A stretch of DNA of 64,000 bases, from contig JACOUE010000041.1 in the NCBI GenBank assembly GCA_016178045.1, positions 5,627 to 69,626 on the forward strand. Reading direction: 5' to 3'. Positions 40,640-50,076 of this stretch are shown here, piece after piece. The position numbers and the translations under genes were made by a program. Source of the stretch: Chloroflexota bacterium. Its GTDB lineage: Bacteria > Chloroflexota > Dehalococcoidia > SM23-28-2 > JACOUE01. The notes under the pieces were generated by a model that did no database searches, was not told the DNA's origin, and was given only the letters and a program-made list of their open reading frames with translations. How positions within the stretch are numbered: the first letter of the stretch is position 1; each line of letters starts with the position of its first letter.

Positions 40640-40918
40640 ATGCCGCTCATCGTCACCGATAAGGCCGCGCAGCTGCTCAAGGACATTCAGTTAGGCCACG
40701 AGGAAGCGACCGAGAAGACCTTGCGCCTCGTTCACAAGGGCGACAGCTTCGAGCTTACCTTCGATGCGGCCAGCGACGACGACCAGGTCTTCCAGACCGA
40801 GGGCACAAACGTTCTGCTCGTCGCGCCGGCGGTGGCCGAGATCCTGGCCGAGGCTACTATCGACGCCCAGGAGACCACTGAAGGGCCCCGTCTGACCCTC
40901 ACCAGCCAGTCGGCTTAA
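40640..40918 (+). CDS. HesB/IscA-like small protein without Cys ligands
   Basis: VTDKAA..L, LRL, DDQV pattern; RBS GAGGAGG. Confidence 0.65.
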   Translation: MPLIVTDKAAQLLKDIQLGHEEATEKTLRLVHKGDSFELTFDAASDDDQVFQTEGTNVLLVAPAVAEILAEATIDAQETTEGPRLTLTSQSA

Positions 40919-40940
40919 GGCGACGCAACCGACAACCGAA

Positions 40941-41014
40941 TAGAAGACGAGTCGCGCTTTTCCCGTAGCGGCCGTATCATGGGGCTGCTATAAAGAAAAG
41001 CGCTCGTTCTTCTA
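40941..41014. repeat. Long imperfect inverted repeat
   Basis: TAGAAGACGAG..CGCTTTTC..TAGCGGCC / GGCTGCTA..GAAAAGCGCTCGTTCTTCTA. Confidence 0.7.
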
Positions 41015-41022
41015 AGGGCGGT

Positions 41023-42279
41023 CCTCTCGACGGCGTCCGCGTCCTGGACCTGACGTGGGTCCTGGCCGGGCCTTTCGCCAGCATGATCCTATGCGACCTC
41101 GGTGCCGAGGTCATCAAGGTCGAACGGCCGCCCTACGGCGACGTCGCCCGCACCACCGGCCCTTACCTTAACGACGAGAGCTGCTACTTCTTCTCCGTCA
41201 ACCGCGGCAAGAAGAGCGTCTGCCTGGAACTGAAGCAGGAGCGGGGGACAGAACTGTTCCTCCGCCTGGTAGAGGCGGCGGACGTGGTCACGGAGAACTT
41301 CACCCCCGGCACCATGGAAGCGCTGGGCCTGGGGTACGACGTCCTCAGCCGCCGTAACCCACGACTCGTCTACGCCGCCACCTCCGGCTTCGGACAGACG
41401 GGGCCGGAGCGGATGCGGCCGGCCCTGGACATCGTGGTGCAGGGCATGGGCGGCATCATGAGCATCACCGGGGAACCCGGCGGCCCGCCGGTCCGGCCGG
41501 GAATATCGCTGGGCGATATCGCCGCCGGTCTGTACACCGCGGTCGGCGTCCTGGCCGCCCTCCACGAGCGCGAGAAGAGCGGCCGCGGCCAGTTCATCGA
41601 CGTCAGCATGCTGGACTGTCAGGTCGCCATCCAGGAGAACGCCTTCGTCCGCTACTTCGCCACCGGCCAGGTGCCGGAGCCGCTGGGTACCCGCCATCCC
41701 CTCACGACGCCGTTCCAGGCGTTCCCCACCCGCGACGGCTGGATTGTGCTGGCCCTCAGCTGGGGCGTGGAGAACCAGTGGGAGCTTTTCTGCGCCACCA
41801 TCGGCCGCACCGAACTCATCGACGACCCCCGCTTCGAGACGCCCCACCTCCGCAACCAGCACCACGGCGATCTGGAGCCCATCCTCAACGTCGCCCTCCG
41901 CGAAAGGACCACCGACGAGTGGCTCCGCGAGTTCGACGCCATCGGCCTTCCCTGCGGCCCGCTGAACAACATCGCTCAGGCCGCCGAACACCCCCAGGTG
42001 AAGGCGCGGGAGATACTGGTGGAGGTGGAGCACCCGTCCGGCTTCAAGCTAACGCTCCCCGGCCTGCCCGTGAGGCTATCGCGCACGCCGGGCGGGGTCC
42101 GCGGCTCCTCCCCCGTCCTCGGCGAGCACACGGGCGCCGTCCTCTCCTCGTGGCTGGGGCTGTCAGCGGAGGAGGTGGCGGAGCTGCGGGCCGCCGGCGT
42201 TGTCGCCGGGCCTCTTCCCAGCCCCGTACCCCTCGTCCTAAGGCGGCAGTCCGTCGCCGGCGACGCTACCGTAGCCTAG
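41023..42279 (+). CDS. CaiB/BaiF family III CoA-transferase; conserved N-terminus lacks a canonical start (first ATG 41083)
   Basis: PLDGVRVLDLTWVLAGPFASM from 41023; NRGKKS, ENF.PG, GDIAAG. Confidence 0.8.
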   Translation, partial: PLDGVRVLDLTWVLAGPFASMILCDLGAEVIKVERPPYGDVARTTGPYLNDESCYFFSVNRGKKSVCLELKQERGTELFLRLVEAADVVTENFTPGTMEALGLGYDVLSRRNPRLVYAATSGFGQTGPERMRPALDIVVQGMGGIMSITGEPGGPPVRPGISLGDIAAGLYTAVGVLAALHEREKSGRGQFIDVSMLDCQVAIQENAFVRYFATGQVPEPLGTRHPLTTPFQAFPTRDGWIVLALSWGVENQWELFCATIGRTELIDDPRFETPHLRNQHHGDLEPILNVALRERTTDEWLREFDAIGLPCGPLNNIAQAAEHPQVKAREILVEVEHPSGFKLTLPGLPVRLSRTPGGVRGSSPVLGEHTGAVLSSWLGLSAEEVAELRAAGVVAGPLPSPVPLVLRRQSVAGDATVA

Positions 42280-43469
42280 AGAACGCCCTCCCGGCGCAGC
42301 CGCTCGATCTCCTCCGCCGAGTAGCCGAACCCCTGGAGCACTTCGTCCGTGTGCTGGCCCAGCGCCGGATCGGCTTCGCGGATTTCGGCGGGGGTGGCGC
42401 TGAAGCGGATAGGGGAGCCCACGACGGTGATATCCCCGAGCTGGGGGTGGCGCAGCGGCACCAGGTACTCGTTCTCGCGGTTCTGGGGGTCGGTTGCCAC
42501 CTGCTCGTAGTCGTGGACGGGGGCGCAGAAGATATCGGCGGCCTCCAGACGCTTGAGCCACTCGGCCGCCGGCCGCCGGGCGAAGTGCCCGTCCAGCAGG
42601 CGATTCAGCTCGTCCCGGTTGCGGATGCGGTTGCCGAGGGACTCGAAGCGCTCGTCCCCGGCCAGGTCCGGCCAGTCGATAGCGGCGCAGAAGTCGGGCC
42701 AGCGGTGCGGGTACAGTCCGCCGATGGCCATGTAGCCGTCGGCGGTGGTGTAGACCTGCCAGAGCAGGGGCAGGTGGTGGTGCCCCCGTCCGGCGCGGCC
42801 GGGCAGCTGGCGGGTCACCAGGTAGTGGGTCAGCTCCCAGGACTGGGCCGCCACCATGCTCCCCAGCAGCGACGCCTCCACCTGCTGGCCCTCGCCGGTG
42901 CGCTCGCGGTGCAGGAGCGCGGCCAGGATCCCCAGGGCCAGCGTCACCGCCCCCACGTGGTCGGCGATGGCGACGCCGGTGGGGAGGGGGTGGGAGCCGT
43001 CATTCTCGCCGGTCACGCTGACCAGGCCGCTCACCGCCTGCGCCAGGATGTCGTTCCCCGGCTTGCGGCCCAGCGGCCCGCGCGTCCCGAAGGCGGAGGC
43101 GCTGGCGTAGATGATGCGCGGGTTCGCGCCCCTGAATTCGTCGTAGCCCAGGCCCAGCTTCTCCATTACCCCCGGCCGGAAGTTGTGGACGACGACGTCG
43201 CAGTCGCGGGCGAGGCGGAGGACGAGCTCGCGGCCTTTCTCCTTCTTCAGGTCGACGGTGAGGCTCTTCTTGCCCCGGTTGATGGCCAGGAAGTAGCAGG
43301 AGACGCGGCTCTCCCGGTCGACGGCGAGGACGCGGCCGATCTCCCCGTGGCCGGGCTGCTCCACCTTGATCACCTCGGCGCCCATGTCGGCCATGAGCAG
43401 GGTGGCATATGGCCCCTGCTGGGCGATGGTGAAGTCGAGGACGCGGATGCCTTCCAGCGGCCCTGTCAT
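42276..43469 (-). CDS. CaiB/BaiF family III CoA-transferase
   Basis: PLEGIRVLD, NRGKKS, NFRPG, LGQHT. Confidence 0.92.
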   Translation of the reverse strand: MTGPLEGIRVLDFTIAQQGPYATLLMADMGAEVIKVEQPGHGEIGRVLAVDRESRVSCYFLAINRGKKSLTVDLKKEKGRELVLRLARDCDVVVHNFRPGVMEKLGLGYDEFRGANPRIIYASASAFGTRGPLGRKPGNDILAQAVSGLVSVTGENDGSHPLPTGVAIADHVGAVTLALGILAALLHRERTGEGQQVEASLLGSMVAAQSWELTHYLVTRQLPGRAGRGHHHLPLLWQVYTTADGYMAIGGLYPHRWPDFCAAIDWPDLAGDERFESLGNRIRNRDELNRLLDGHFARRPAAEWLKRLEAADIFCAPVHDYEQVATDPQNRENEYLVPLRHPQLGDITVVGSPIRFSATPAEIREADPALGQHTDEVLQGFGYSAEEIERLRREGVL

Positions 43470-43698
43470 GCCGCCCCCTTTGTCCTGAGATGCCATAAGC
43501 CTATCGCCGCGGGCGATACGCTGTCAATTTGGGGGAGGTCTGCCACCGGCGGGACGGATAACCGGGGCCGTTGTCCCCGGTGTCTGAGGCGATAGCCTCA
43601 GGGGTGGGTGGGGCGAACTACGCAGCGTTCCGTTGACGCCCCCGCCGGCCCCTAATAAGATACGGGCAGCCCAGCACACCGCCAGGAGGAGCCCCGCC

Positions 43699-44832
43699 GT
43701 GAGGATCACCCAGGTCAAGGTCCGCCTCTTCGAGTGCCCCATGCCCCAGCCCTTCCATCCCACCTGGCAGCCCCTTGCCGCTACTTCGTCGCGGATCCAC
43801 GTGGTCGAGGTCCACACGGACGAGGGCATCGTCGGCATCGGCTCGGGGGGCGTGCCGGTGCGCTGGGAGGTGGCGGGGCTGTTCCTGATGGGGCAGGACC
43901 CGTTCGCCATCGAGCAGCACGTGGCGAACCTGCGCTCCATGGCCTTCTTCGTGGGGAGGCCCTGGCCGGTTGAGGTGGCGCTCTGGGACATCATCGGTAA
44001 GGCGACGGGCCAGCCCGTCTACCGTCTCCTCGGCGGCGGCGCCGACCGCCTCAAGGCGTACGCCTCCACCGGCGAGCTGCGGTCGCTGGAGGCGCGGGTC
44101 GAGTCGGTCGAGCAGATCAAGGCGGAAGGGTTCCGGGCCGTCAAGCTGCGCTTCCACAGCGCCGACATCCGCGAGGACGTAAAGACGCTGGAGGCGGTGC
44201 GCAAGGCCGTCGGCGACGACATGGACATCATGGTCGACGCCAACTGGGGCTGGCGCATCGCCCCGGACCGGCAGCCGAACCGCTGGGACCTGAATACGGC
44301 CATAGCCGCCGCCAGGGAGATGGAGCGCCTGGGCGTGTACTGGCTGGAGGAGCCGCTCGACGCCTACGACTACGACGGCCTGGCCGAGATGCGGCGGCAC
44401 CTGACCACGCTCCGCCTGGCCGGCAGCGAGCTGAACCGCGGGCCGGAGGAGGTCCGCATCTACTTGGAGAAGGGCTGCTTCGACGTGTACCAGCCCGATT
44501 GCACGTTCATCGGCGGCATCTCGACGGCGCGCCAGATCGCGGCGATGGTGGAGACTGCGGGCAAGACCTTCACGCCCCACACCTGGACGAACGGCATCGG
44601 CCTGGTGGCGAACCTCCACGTGGCCGCCGCCGTCGACCGCGTGCCGTACATCGAGTTCCCCTACGACCCGCCCAACTGGACGCCGGAGTTTCGCGATTTC
44701 GTGTTCAGCGAGCCGCTCAACATCGACCCCGAGGGCTACGTGCACGTGCCCCAGAAGCCGGGCCTGGGGATCGAGCTGGACGAGGAGAAGCTGAAGCAGT
44801 ACGAGCAGGCGGACACGCGCCGACTGATCTGA
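43699..44832 (+). CDS. Mandelate racemase/muconate lactonizing enzyme family
   Basis: ALWDIIGK, KLR, MVDAN, WLEEP, QPD, PH. Confidence 0.9.
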   Translation: MRITQVKVRLFECPMPQPFHPTWQPLAATSSRIHVVEVHTDEGIVGIGSGGVPVRWEVAGLFLMGQDPFAIEQHVANLRSMAFFVGRPWPVEVALWDIIGKATGQPVYRLLGGGADRLKAYASTGELRSLEARVESVEQIKAEGFRAVKLRFHSADIREDVKTLEAVRKAVGDDMDIMVDANWGWRIAPDRQPNRWDLNTAIAAAREMERLGVYWLEEPLDAYDYDGLAEMRRHLTTLRLAGSELNRGPEEVRIYLEKGCFDVYQPDCTFIGGISTARQIAAMVETAGKTFTPHTWTNGIGLVANLHVAAAVDRVPYIEFPYDPPNWTPEFRDFVFSEPLNIDPEGYVHVPQKPGLGIELDEEKLKQYEQADTRRLI

Positions 44833-44846
44833 GGGAAGGAGCAGTC

Positions 44847-45215
44847 ATGGTTACCACCCAGGGGATCGTCGAGGGTTACGGCGGCGCCTGGAACGAGACC
44901 GATGAGGGCGCCCGCCGCCGCCTGCTGGAGAAGTGCTGGGCCGACGGCGGCACCTACACCGACCCCCAGTCGCACGCCGAGGGGCGCGACGCGCTCTCGG
45001 CCCTCATCGGCGGCTTTCAGCAGCAGATGCCGGGCGCCCGCATCGAGGCGACCAGCGGCGCCGACGTCCACCACAATGTCCTTCGCTTCACCTGGAAGCT
45101 TCTGGGCCCCCAGGGCAACACGGTCATGGAAGGGGTGGACTTCGGGGAGCTGGACGGCGACGGGCGAATAAAGCGAATCGTGGGCTTCTTCGGCCCGCCG
45201 CCGGCGGCTAGCTGA
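44847..45215 (+). CDS. SnoaL/NTF2-like protein
   Basis: AWNETD, YTDP, GVDF, IVGFFG; RBS AAGGAG. Confidence 0.85.
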   Translation: MVTTQGIVEGYGGAWNETDEGARRRLLEKCWADGGTYTDPQSHAEGRDALSALIGGFQQQMPGARIEATSGADVHHNVLRFTWKLLGPQGNTVMEGVDFGELDGDGRIKRIVGFFGPPPAAS

Positions 45216-45231
45216 TCCCGCCGAAGCCCGA

Positions 45232-45290
45232 TGTAGCGGAGGCCTTCAGGCCTCCACCTGCCGCTTGGAAGCCTCAAGGCTTCCGCTACA
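45232..45290. repeat. GTAG-type REP doublet
   Basis: TGTAGCGGAGGCCTTCAGGCCTCC...GGAAGCCTCAAGGCTTCCGCTACA; same architecture as 32782-32839. Confidence 0.75.
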
Positions 45291-45306
45291 TCCTCTGGCC
45301 CACAGC

Positions 45307-46014
45307 CTACGATATCCCCCCGAATCCCGCCGGCAGCCCGTCCAGGTGGGCGACGTCGTTCAGGCGCCAGATGATGCGCTTATCGCCCAGGGCGCGGATG
45401 GACGTGATGCTGGCGTTGAACGGGTAGAAGATGAAGTCCTGCGGCAGACCCAGCACCACGCTCACGTACGTCTGGATGACGCCGGCGTGGGCCACCACCG
45501 CCACCCGCTTCCCCCCGCACTCAGCGATGATGCGGTCGATGGCGGCGCTGATGCGCCGGCGGGCCGGCTCGCTGCCCTCGCCGCCGGGGAAGGCGTCCCA
45601 GCGGGCCTGGCGCAGTATCTGCTCCTTGACGTCGGCCAGGGCACCGCTGGCGATTGCGTCAAGGTCGGGCCTCGGCCCCAGGTAGACCTCGCGCAGGTCG
45701 TCCACCACCGTGACGGGCAGGCCCGCGGCCTCCGCGATGACCTCCGCCGTCTGCCGCGCCCGCCGGAAGGGGCTGCTGTACACGGCGTCGACCCCCTGGC
45801 GGCCCAGCCGCTCGGCCAGGCGGCGGGCCTGCTCGCGGCCCACCTCAGTGATCTGCGGGTCCGCCTCGTCGGTGGTCTCGCCGGTGTTGCTGGCAGACTG
45901 GGCGTGGCGGATCAGGTAGAGCCGCGTCGCCTCTGGCTGCCCGATGAGCAGGACGTCGCGGAAGTAGTAGGCGATAGGGTCGCCCGGCGGCTCCTGCTCG
46001 ACCTCTGGCGACAT
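45307..46014 (-). CDS. Histidine phosphatase family protein
   Basis: LIRHAQS, SSP..RA.QTA, VAHAG, LND..HL. Confidence 0.9.
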   Translation of the reverse strand: MSPEVEQEPPGDPIAYYFRDVLLIGQPEATRLYLIRHAQSASNTGETTDEADPQITEVGREQARRLAERLGRQGVDAVYSSPFRRARQTAEVIAEAAGLPVTVVDDLREVYLGPRPDLDAIASGALADVKEQILRQARWDAFPGGEGSEPARRRISAAIDRIIAECGGKRVAVVAHAGVIQTYVSVVLGLPQDFIFYPFNASITSIRALGDKRIIWRLNDVAHLDGLPAGFGGIS

Positions 46015-46108
46015 CTCAGCGGCAATAATAGGGCATCCGCCCCCGAAGCACCATCGGCCGCCTTGCCCGCTGCCACCATATACGGGAGAATGGCCTGCGA
46101 GGCCCCGC

Positions 46109-47206
46109 TTGGAGACCGGAGTCAGCTACTTCTCCTCCCGCACCCTCCGCCACGTCCGCGCCGACCTCGCCGACATCGTGGAGCACGGCTGCACCTACGT
46201 CGTCCACTGCTTCACGGAAACGGACCTCGCCTTCTACCTCGACACCGTCCGTGAGGTCGTCGCTGCCACGCGGGAGGCGGGCTTGGAGCCGTGGCTTGAC
46301 CCCTGGGGCCTCGCCGCCGTCTTCAGCGGCGAGTCGTTCACCCGCTTCCCCCTTGAGCACCCCGAAACGTGGCAGGTGCTCTCGGACGGGCGAAGGGTAG
46401 GCGCCGCCTGCCCGAACCACCCGGAGACCCGCCGCTTCCTCCGCCGGTGGGTCGAGGCGGCGGCGTCGGTGGGCGGGGAGGTGCTCTTCTGGGACGAGCC
46501 CCACTTCTACGTCGGCCTCTGGGGCGGCGACGTCTCGGGGGCGTGGGCCTGCCGCTGCGACGCCTGCCGCGCCCTATTTCGCGAGCGGCACGGCGAAGAG
46601 ATGCCCCTCGAGTTCACGCCGGAGGTCCGCGCCTTCCGCGAGTCCTCCCTGCTGGAGATGCTGACGGAGGCCTGCCGCTTCGGGCGAGAGAAGGGGCTGC
46701 GCAACGCTCTCTGCCTCCTCCCCACCGATCCGGGCGGGCACGGCTTCCCCCAGGTGGAGGAGAGACTGCGCTCGCTGGTGCAGCGCAGGCTGGGCGAGGG
46801 CGCTCCCCCGTCCGCCGTCCAGGCCCTCCTCCACGTCGGCGTCGGCGACTGGGACCGGGCCGCCGCCATCCCCGACCTCGACGTCTTCGGCTGCGATCCT
46901 TACTGGTACCTGTTCGGCGTGGAGGCGGAGCCCTTCATGCGGGTCTACGGAGGGAAGGCGGCGGAGGCGGCGCGACGCCACGCCCGCGGCCTCCAGCTGT
47001 GGGTGCAGGCGTTCCGCGTGCCCGAGGGGCGGGAGGAGGAGCTGCGCACGGGGCTGCGCGTGGCGGAGGAGCTGGGCGCGACCCACGTGGCGGCCTGGAG
47101 CTACGAGGCGACGGCCAGCATGTCGCAGATCCGCTGCGCCCGCCCGGACGTGGTGTGGCGGGTCCTGGGGAAGGAGTTCCGCCGGCTGCGGGCCGGCGCG
47201 CTCTAG
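46109..47206 (+). CDS. Hypothetical TIM-barrel, glycoside hydrolase-like protein
   Basis: GVSYF, LDPWG, FWDEPH, CRCDAC, DPYW, LWVQAF. Confidence 0.65.
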   Translation: METGVSYFSSRTLRHVRADLADIVEHGCTYVVHCFTETDLAFYLDTVREVVAATREAGLEPWLDPWGLAAVFSGESFTRFPLEHPETWQVLSDGRRVGAACPNHPETRRFLRRWVEAAASVGGEVLFWDEPHFYVGLWGGDVSGAWACRCDACRALFRERHGEEMPLEFTPEVRAFRESSLLEMLTEACRFGREKGLRNALCLLPTDPGGHGFPQVEERLRSLVQRRLGEGAPPSAVQALLHVGVGDWDRAAAIPDLDVFGCDPYWYLFGVEAEPFMRVYGGKAAEAARRHARGLQLWVQAFRVPEGREEELRTGLRVAEELGATHVAAWSYEATASMSQIRCARPDVVWRVLGKEFRRLRAGAL

Positions 47207-47274
47207 TTGCCTATACGGGCCGTCTTGGCCAGCGCGAACGTCACCGCGCAATGCGAGGAATTAGGTTTCAGAAC

Positions 47275-47949
47275 CTACCAGGCGAAGTCTCGCGTCCAGT
47301 TGAGGGTGTTGTCGTTTCGGGGCCGCAGGCAATCGTCGGACGATGTATGGTTAGCTGTGGGTGTGCAGTAATCTCCGTAGGTGCCCCCATTGAACTTCAC
47401 ATCAGGGTTAAGCTGCCGGTGGCCAGAACTCTTTTCGTGGATATGATAGCCGCTCCAGCCGGCGGCGCAGTTGCTGTCTCCTACCATGGTGGAGGCATAC
47501 CACCACGACCAGCCTGTGTAGAACCAGAATGAGAACCCGGGAAGATCAGTCTGGGTATGCACATATGTCATAGTGCCCTTGTACACGCCAAGACCGGAAT
47601 CCAGAATCTTGACGGACATGTAGTCGCATCCCAAGCCGTCGACCAGATTCCCCGTCCGATCACCCCTCAGCAAATCGCCGCTGCCGGCAAGGTCGAAGAC
47701 GTAACCCCGGAACTGTCCGTCCCGGTTATTCACATTGGTCCAGCTGTCCCAGTCGAGTCCCCCACCAGAGCTAGCGCCGCAGGCCCCATGATATTTGCAG
47801 TGAAGGTGGGCCTTATCGCCTTGATCGCCTGCGGGCGGGAACATGTTGACCTGAAAACGCGACGCCGCTGCAGCGGGGCTGTAAAGGGCTGCCAAGGTGC
47901 CAACCAATACGGCCAGAGAAACTGCTACAAGGACCTTAAACCAATCCAT
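47275..47949 (-). CDS. Secreted Cys-containing hypothetical protein (cassette 2, gene B)
   Basis: Signal peptide ending AAAA; six Cys; GC lower than flanks. Confidence 0.75.
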   Translation of the reverse strand: MDWFKVLVAVSLAVLVGTLAALYSPAAAASRFQVNMFPPAGDQGDKAHLHCKYHGACGASSGGGLDWDSWTNVNNRDGQFRGYVFDLAGSGDLLRGDRTGNLVDGLGCDYMSVKILDSGLGVYKGTMTYVHTQTDLPGFSFWFYTGWSWWYASTMVGDSNCAAGWSGYHIHEKSSGHRQLNPDVKFNGGTYGDYCTPTANHTSSDDCLRPRNDNTLNWTRDFAW

Positions 47950-48018
47950 GTCACAACCCCCAAGGTCTAGCTCCCGTTTGGCGGGACCGCCCCCGGGTTC
48001 GCCGAATATGTCTTTTGT

Positions 48019-48747
48019 TTATTGCAACGCCGGCGCGAGAGACTCGGCCACCTTCATTACCTCATCGAAAGAGACGACTTCAGCTTGGATAACCGTATAA
48101 CCGCCCGGCTCGGGGAAGATTACGTTTGTTACAGTCGCAACGGTTCCGCCTTCAGCGACGACGGGCTTGACGACGATAGCGGAACGCCCGCCAACAGAAA
48201 CTACCTGTACGCGGTCCGGCGGAGCATCAGTTTCACGCGAAGGACGGGGCTCTCTGACACGATTGATTAGGATCTGACCTTCTGCTCCCGCCGCCGCTCC
48301 GGGCAATTCATATAGCCGCCAGGCTGTATACAATTGACCGTTGTCGCGGCATATCGTAGCTCCGGGGTTGGGTGCGGTGTCCAGCGCGGCCTCGTACTCG
48401 GCCGGTTCTCTGGCTCCGGGTGGGAGGTATTTGGGCGCAGGCGGAGCGTATCCGCCCCCGGGAACCACATCGAGGCCGCCGGGACAAACTGTTCTAAGAT
48501 TGGTCTGGATACCTTTGGCCGCCAGGACTTCTGGGGGCCCAAGATAAATACCCAGCAGCTCGCCGTCGAATCGTGGTTTTGCCGCATCGATGGCTATCTC
48601 AGGGTGTTCTTCTTGCAACAACTGTGGGGAAGACGCCATGACGTCCAAAAGATAACGAACGCCGAAGAAAGCTGCCGCCGCTACGGCGAGCGGCGCGACC
48701 ATGAGCATTAGCTTCCGTGTCAACTGGTTTTCCCCGGAGGTGTGCAA
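48019..48747 (-). CDS. Membrane-anchored hypothetical protein (cassette 2, gene A)
   Basis: N-terminal TM LMVAPLAVAAAAFFGV; lower GC. Confidence 0.7.
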   Translation of the reverse strand: MHTSGENQLTRKLMLMVAPLAVAAAAFFGVRYLLDVMASSPQLLQEEHPEIAIDAAKPRFDGELLGIYLGPPEVLAAKGIQTNLRTVCPGGLDVVPGGGYAPPAPKYLPPGAREPAEYEAALDTAPNPGATICRDNGQLYTAWRLYELPGAAAGAEGQILINRVREPRPSRETDAPPDRVQVVSVGGRSAIVVKPVVAEGGTVATVTNVIFPEPGGYTVIQAEVVSFDEVMKVAESLAPALQ

Positions 48748-48783
48748 GACCGAATAGACGCCAGCGTATCGACGGACGGATAC

Positions 48784-48812
48784 AGTCTGCGCCCGTCACA
48801 ACACTTCGTCAA
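48784..48812 (-). promoter_or_regulatory. sigma70-like promoter of cassette 2
   Basis: TTGACG-17 nt-CAGACT; homologous to 49930-49958. Confidence 0.6.
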
Positions 48813-48853
48813 GGGGTTTTCTTTGAAAAAGTTATGAAGGTACTCGAAAGTCG

Positions 48854-48880
48854 AGATTCTTCGCTTCGCTCAGAATGACA
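48854..48880. repeat. REP-like half element
   Basis: AGATTCTTCGCTTCGCTCAGAATGACA, reverse complement of the unit at 23817 and 25155. Confidence 0.75.
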
Positions 48881-48910
48881 GAGGGCCTGGGCGCAATGAC
48901 AGGGTCAGGC

Positions 48911-48955
48911 CTACCCCCGCGGCAGGCCCAGGCCGCGCATGGCGATGATGTTCCG
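48911..48955. repeat. 45-bp exact direct repeat of the 3' end of the acyl-CoA dehydrogenase gene (50077-50121)
   Basis: CTACCCCCGCGGCAGGCCCAGGCCGCGCATGGCGATGATGTTCCG identical at both sites. Confidence 0.95.
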
Positions 48956-49407
48956 GTTGTCCAACGGTAGTCTGCGAAGTCGAGCCATACCTCCGCGCCG
49001 TTGAGGTAGTAGCCGTCATTCGTGCTGCTCCAGTACCGATATGGGCCAAACTTTACGCACGCCACCTGTGCCGGGGCACATTCGTCTCCGGTCGTGTCCT
49101 TCCTGATGGACACATCAACAACGTTGCAGTTCTGCGACCACTCACTGCCTGGGAGGATCGGCCCCCACTTGGCCCTGACATCGTCGTCGAATAGTGTGTT
49201 ATTGTAGGGGCACCAATACATCGGAGCGCCTGCAAGAGCCCACCAGCCAATAACATACGTTTCGTTACCGCGGTCCTTCGCCAAATAAACTCTGTGATCC
49301 GCTTCGGCCAGAGAGGTTATGGTCAAGCTCAATAGCGCCGCCACGCCGGCAGCCAGTACGAGAACCGCCCAGCGACTCACGCGATACCCCCAATCTAAGG
49401 CTGGCAA
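48956..49407 (-). pseudogene. Truncated secreted Cys-containing protein (cassette 1, gene B)
   Basis: Signal peptide ...SLAEA; after DYRWTT the ORF runs out of frame into the 45-bp repeat and REP sequence. Confidence 0.7.
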
Positions 49408-49446
49408 TATCCGTAGCCACGAGGGGCAGCAGGAGGCGCCAGCGGC

Positions 49447-49920
49447 TCACGGGGCGCTGTTTTCAATTAGCTGAAAATCCTCTTCATCTTCAGGGTCTAC
49501 CTTCCACAGGACGACTTTTCCCGTGTCGGCATCAAGCCACACGCGCGACCTTCCACGTTCGATTTCCCAGTAGTGGGTCGGCCACGGAGACTGGACTCCA
49601 GGCGCAGGTTCGCCGATGACCTCGAATATCGTCGCACCCTTGGGCAGCAGTATAGTTCGGGGGCCTATGTCAATCTCGATTGGTTCCGGTACCGGCTCGC
49701 TGAGGAAGATTCCTCGCTCCCTCAAATAGGCCTCCGCCTCCTCGCGCGTCAGCCTGACGGGCGGTTCCGGGGACGGGGCTGGGGGCTCGAAGGAGGGTGG
49801 CGTGGGCAGTGGTGGTGGCGGTTCTTCGCCTGTCGCCAGGTTCACTCCCCACCAGATCCCCGCAGCAACCCCTGCCGCCACCACCAGGCCAAGAGCGTTT
49901 CGCAGGGAAATACCGGCCAT
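49447..49920 (-). CDS. Membrane-anchored Pro-rich hypothetical protein (cassette 1, gene A)
   Basis: N-terminal TM then PPPPLPTPP linker. Confidence 0.75.
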   Translation of the reverse strand: MAGISLRNALGLVVAAGVAAGIWWGVNLATGEEPPPPLPTPPSFEPPAPSPEPPVRLTREEAEAYLRERGIFLSEPVPEPIEIDIGPRTILLPKGATIFEVIGEPAPGVQSPWPTHYWEIERGRSRVWLDADTGKVVLWKVDPEDEEDFQLIENSAP

Positions 49921-49929
49921 GGCGGCCGC

Positions 49930-49958
49930 ATTATGCTCCCGTCACAATACGTTGTCAA
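49930..49958 (-). promoter_or_regulatory. sigma70 promoter of cassette 1 (near-leaderless mRNA)
   Basis: TTGACA-17 nt-CATAAT, 9 nt before ATG 49920. Confidence 0.7.
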
Positions 49959-50016
49959 GGGGTTTTAGAACAGCTTGTCATGAAATCTTGCGAACAATGG
50001 CAGAGTGTCTGCAAAA

Positions 50017-50071
50017 CCTGTCATTGCTTCGCTTCGCCTGCCTGCCAGGCAGACGGGCTCGCACTGACAGG
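50017..50071. repeat. REP-like element with nested palindrome
   Basis: CCTGTCA...CTTCGCTTC[GCCTGCCTGCCAGGCAGACGG]GCTCGCACTGACAGG. Confidence 0.6.
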
Positions 50072-50076
50072 CGGGG

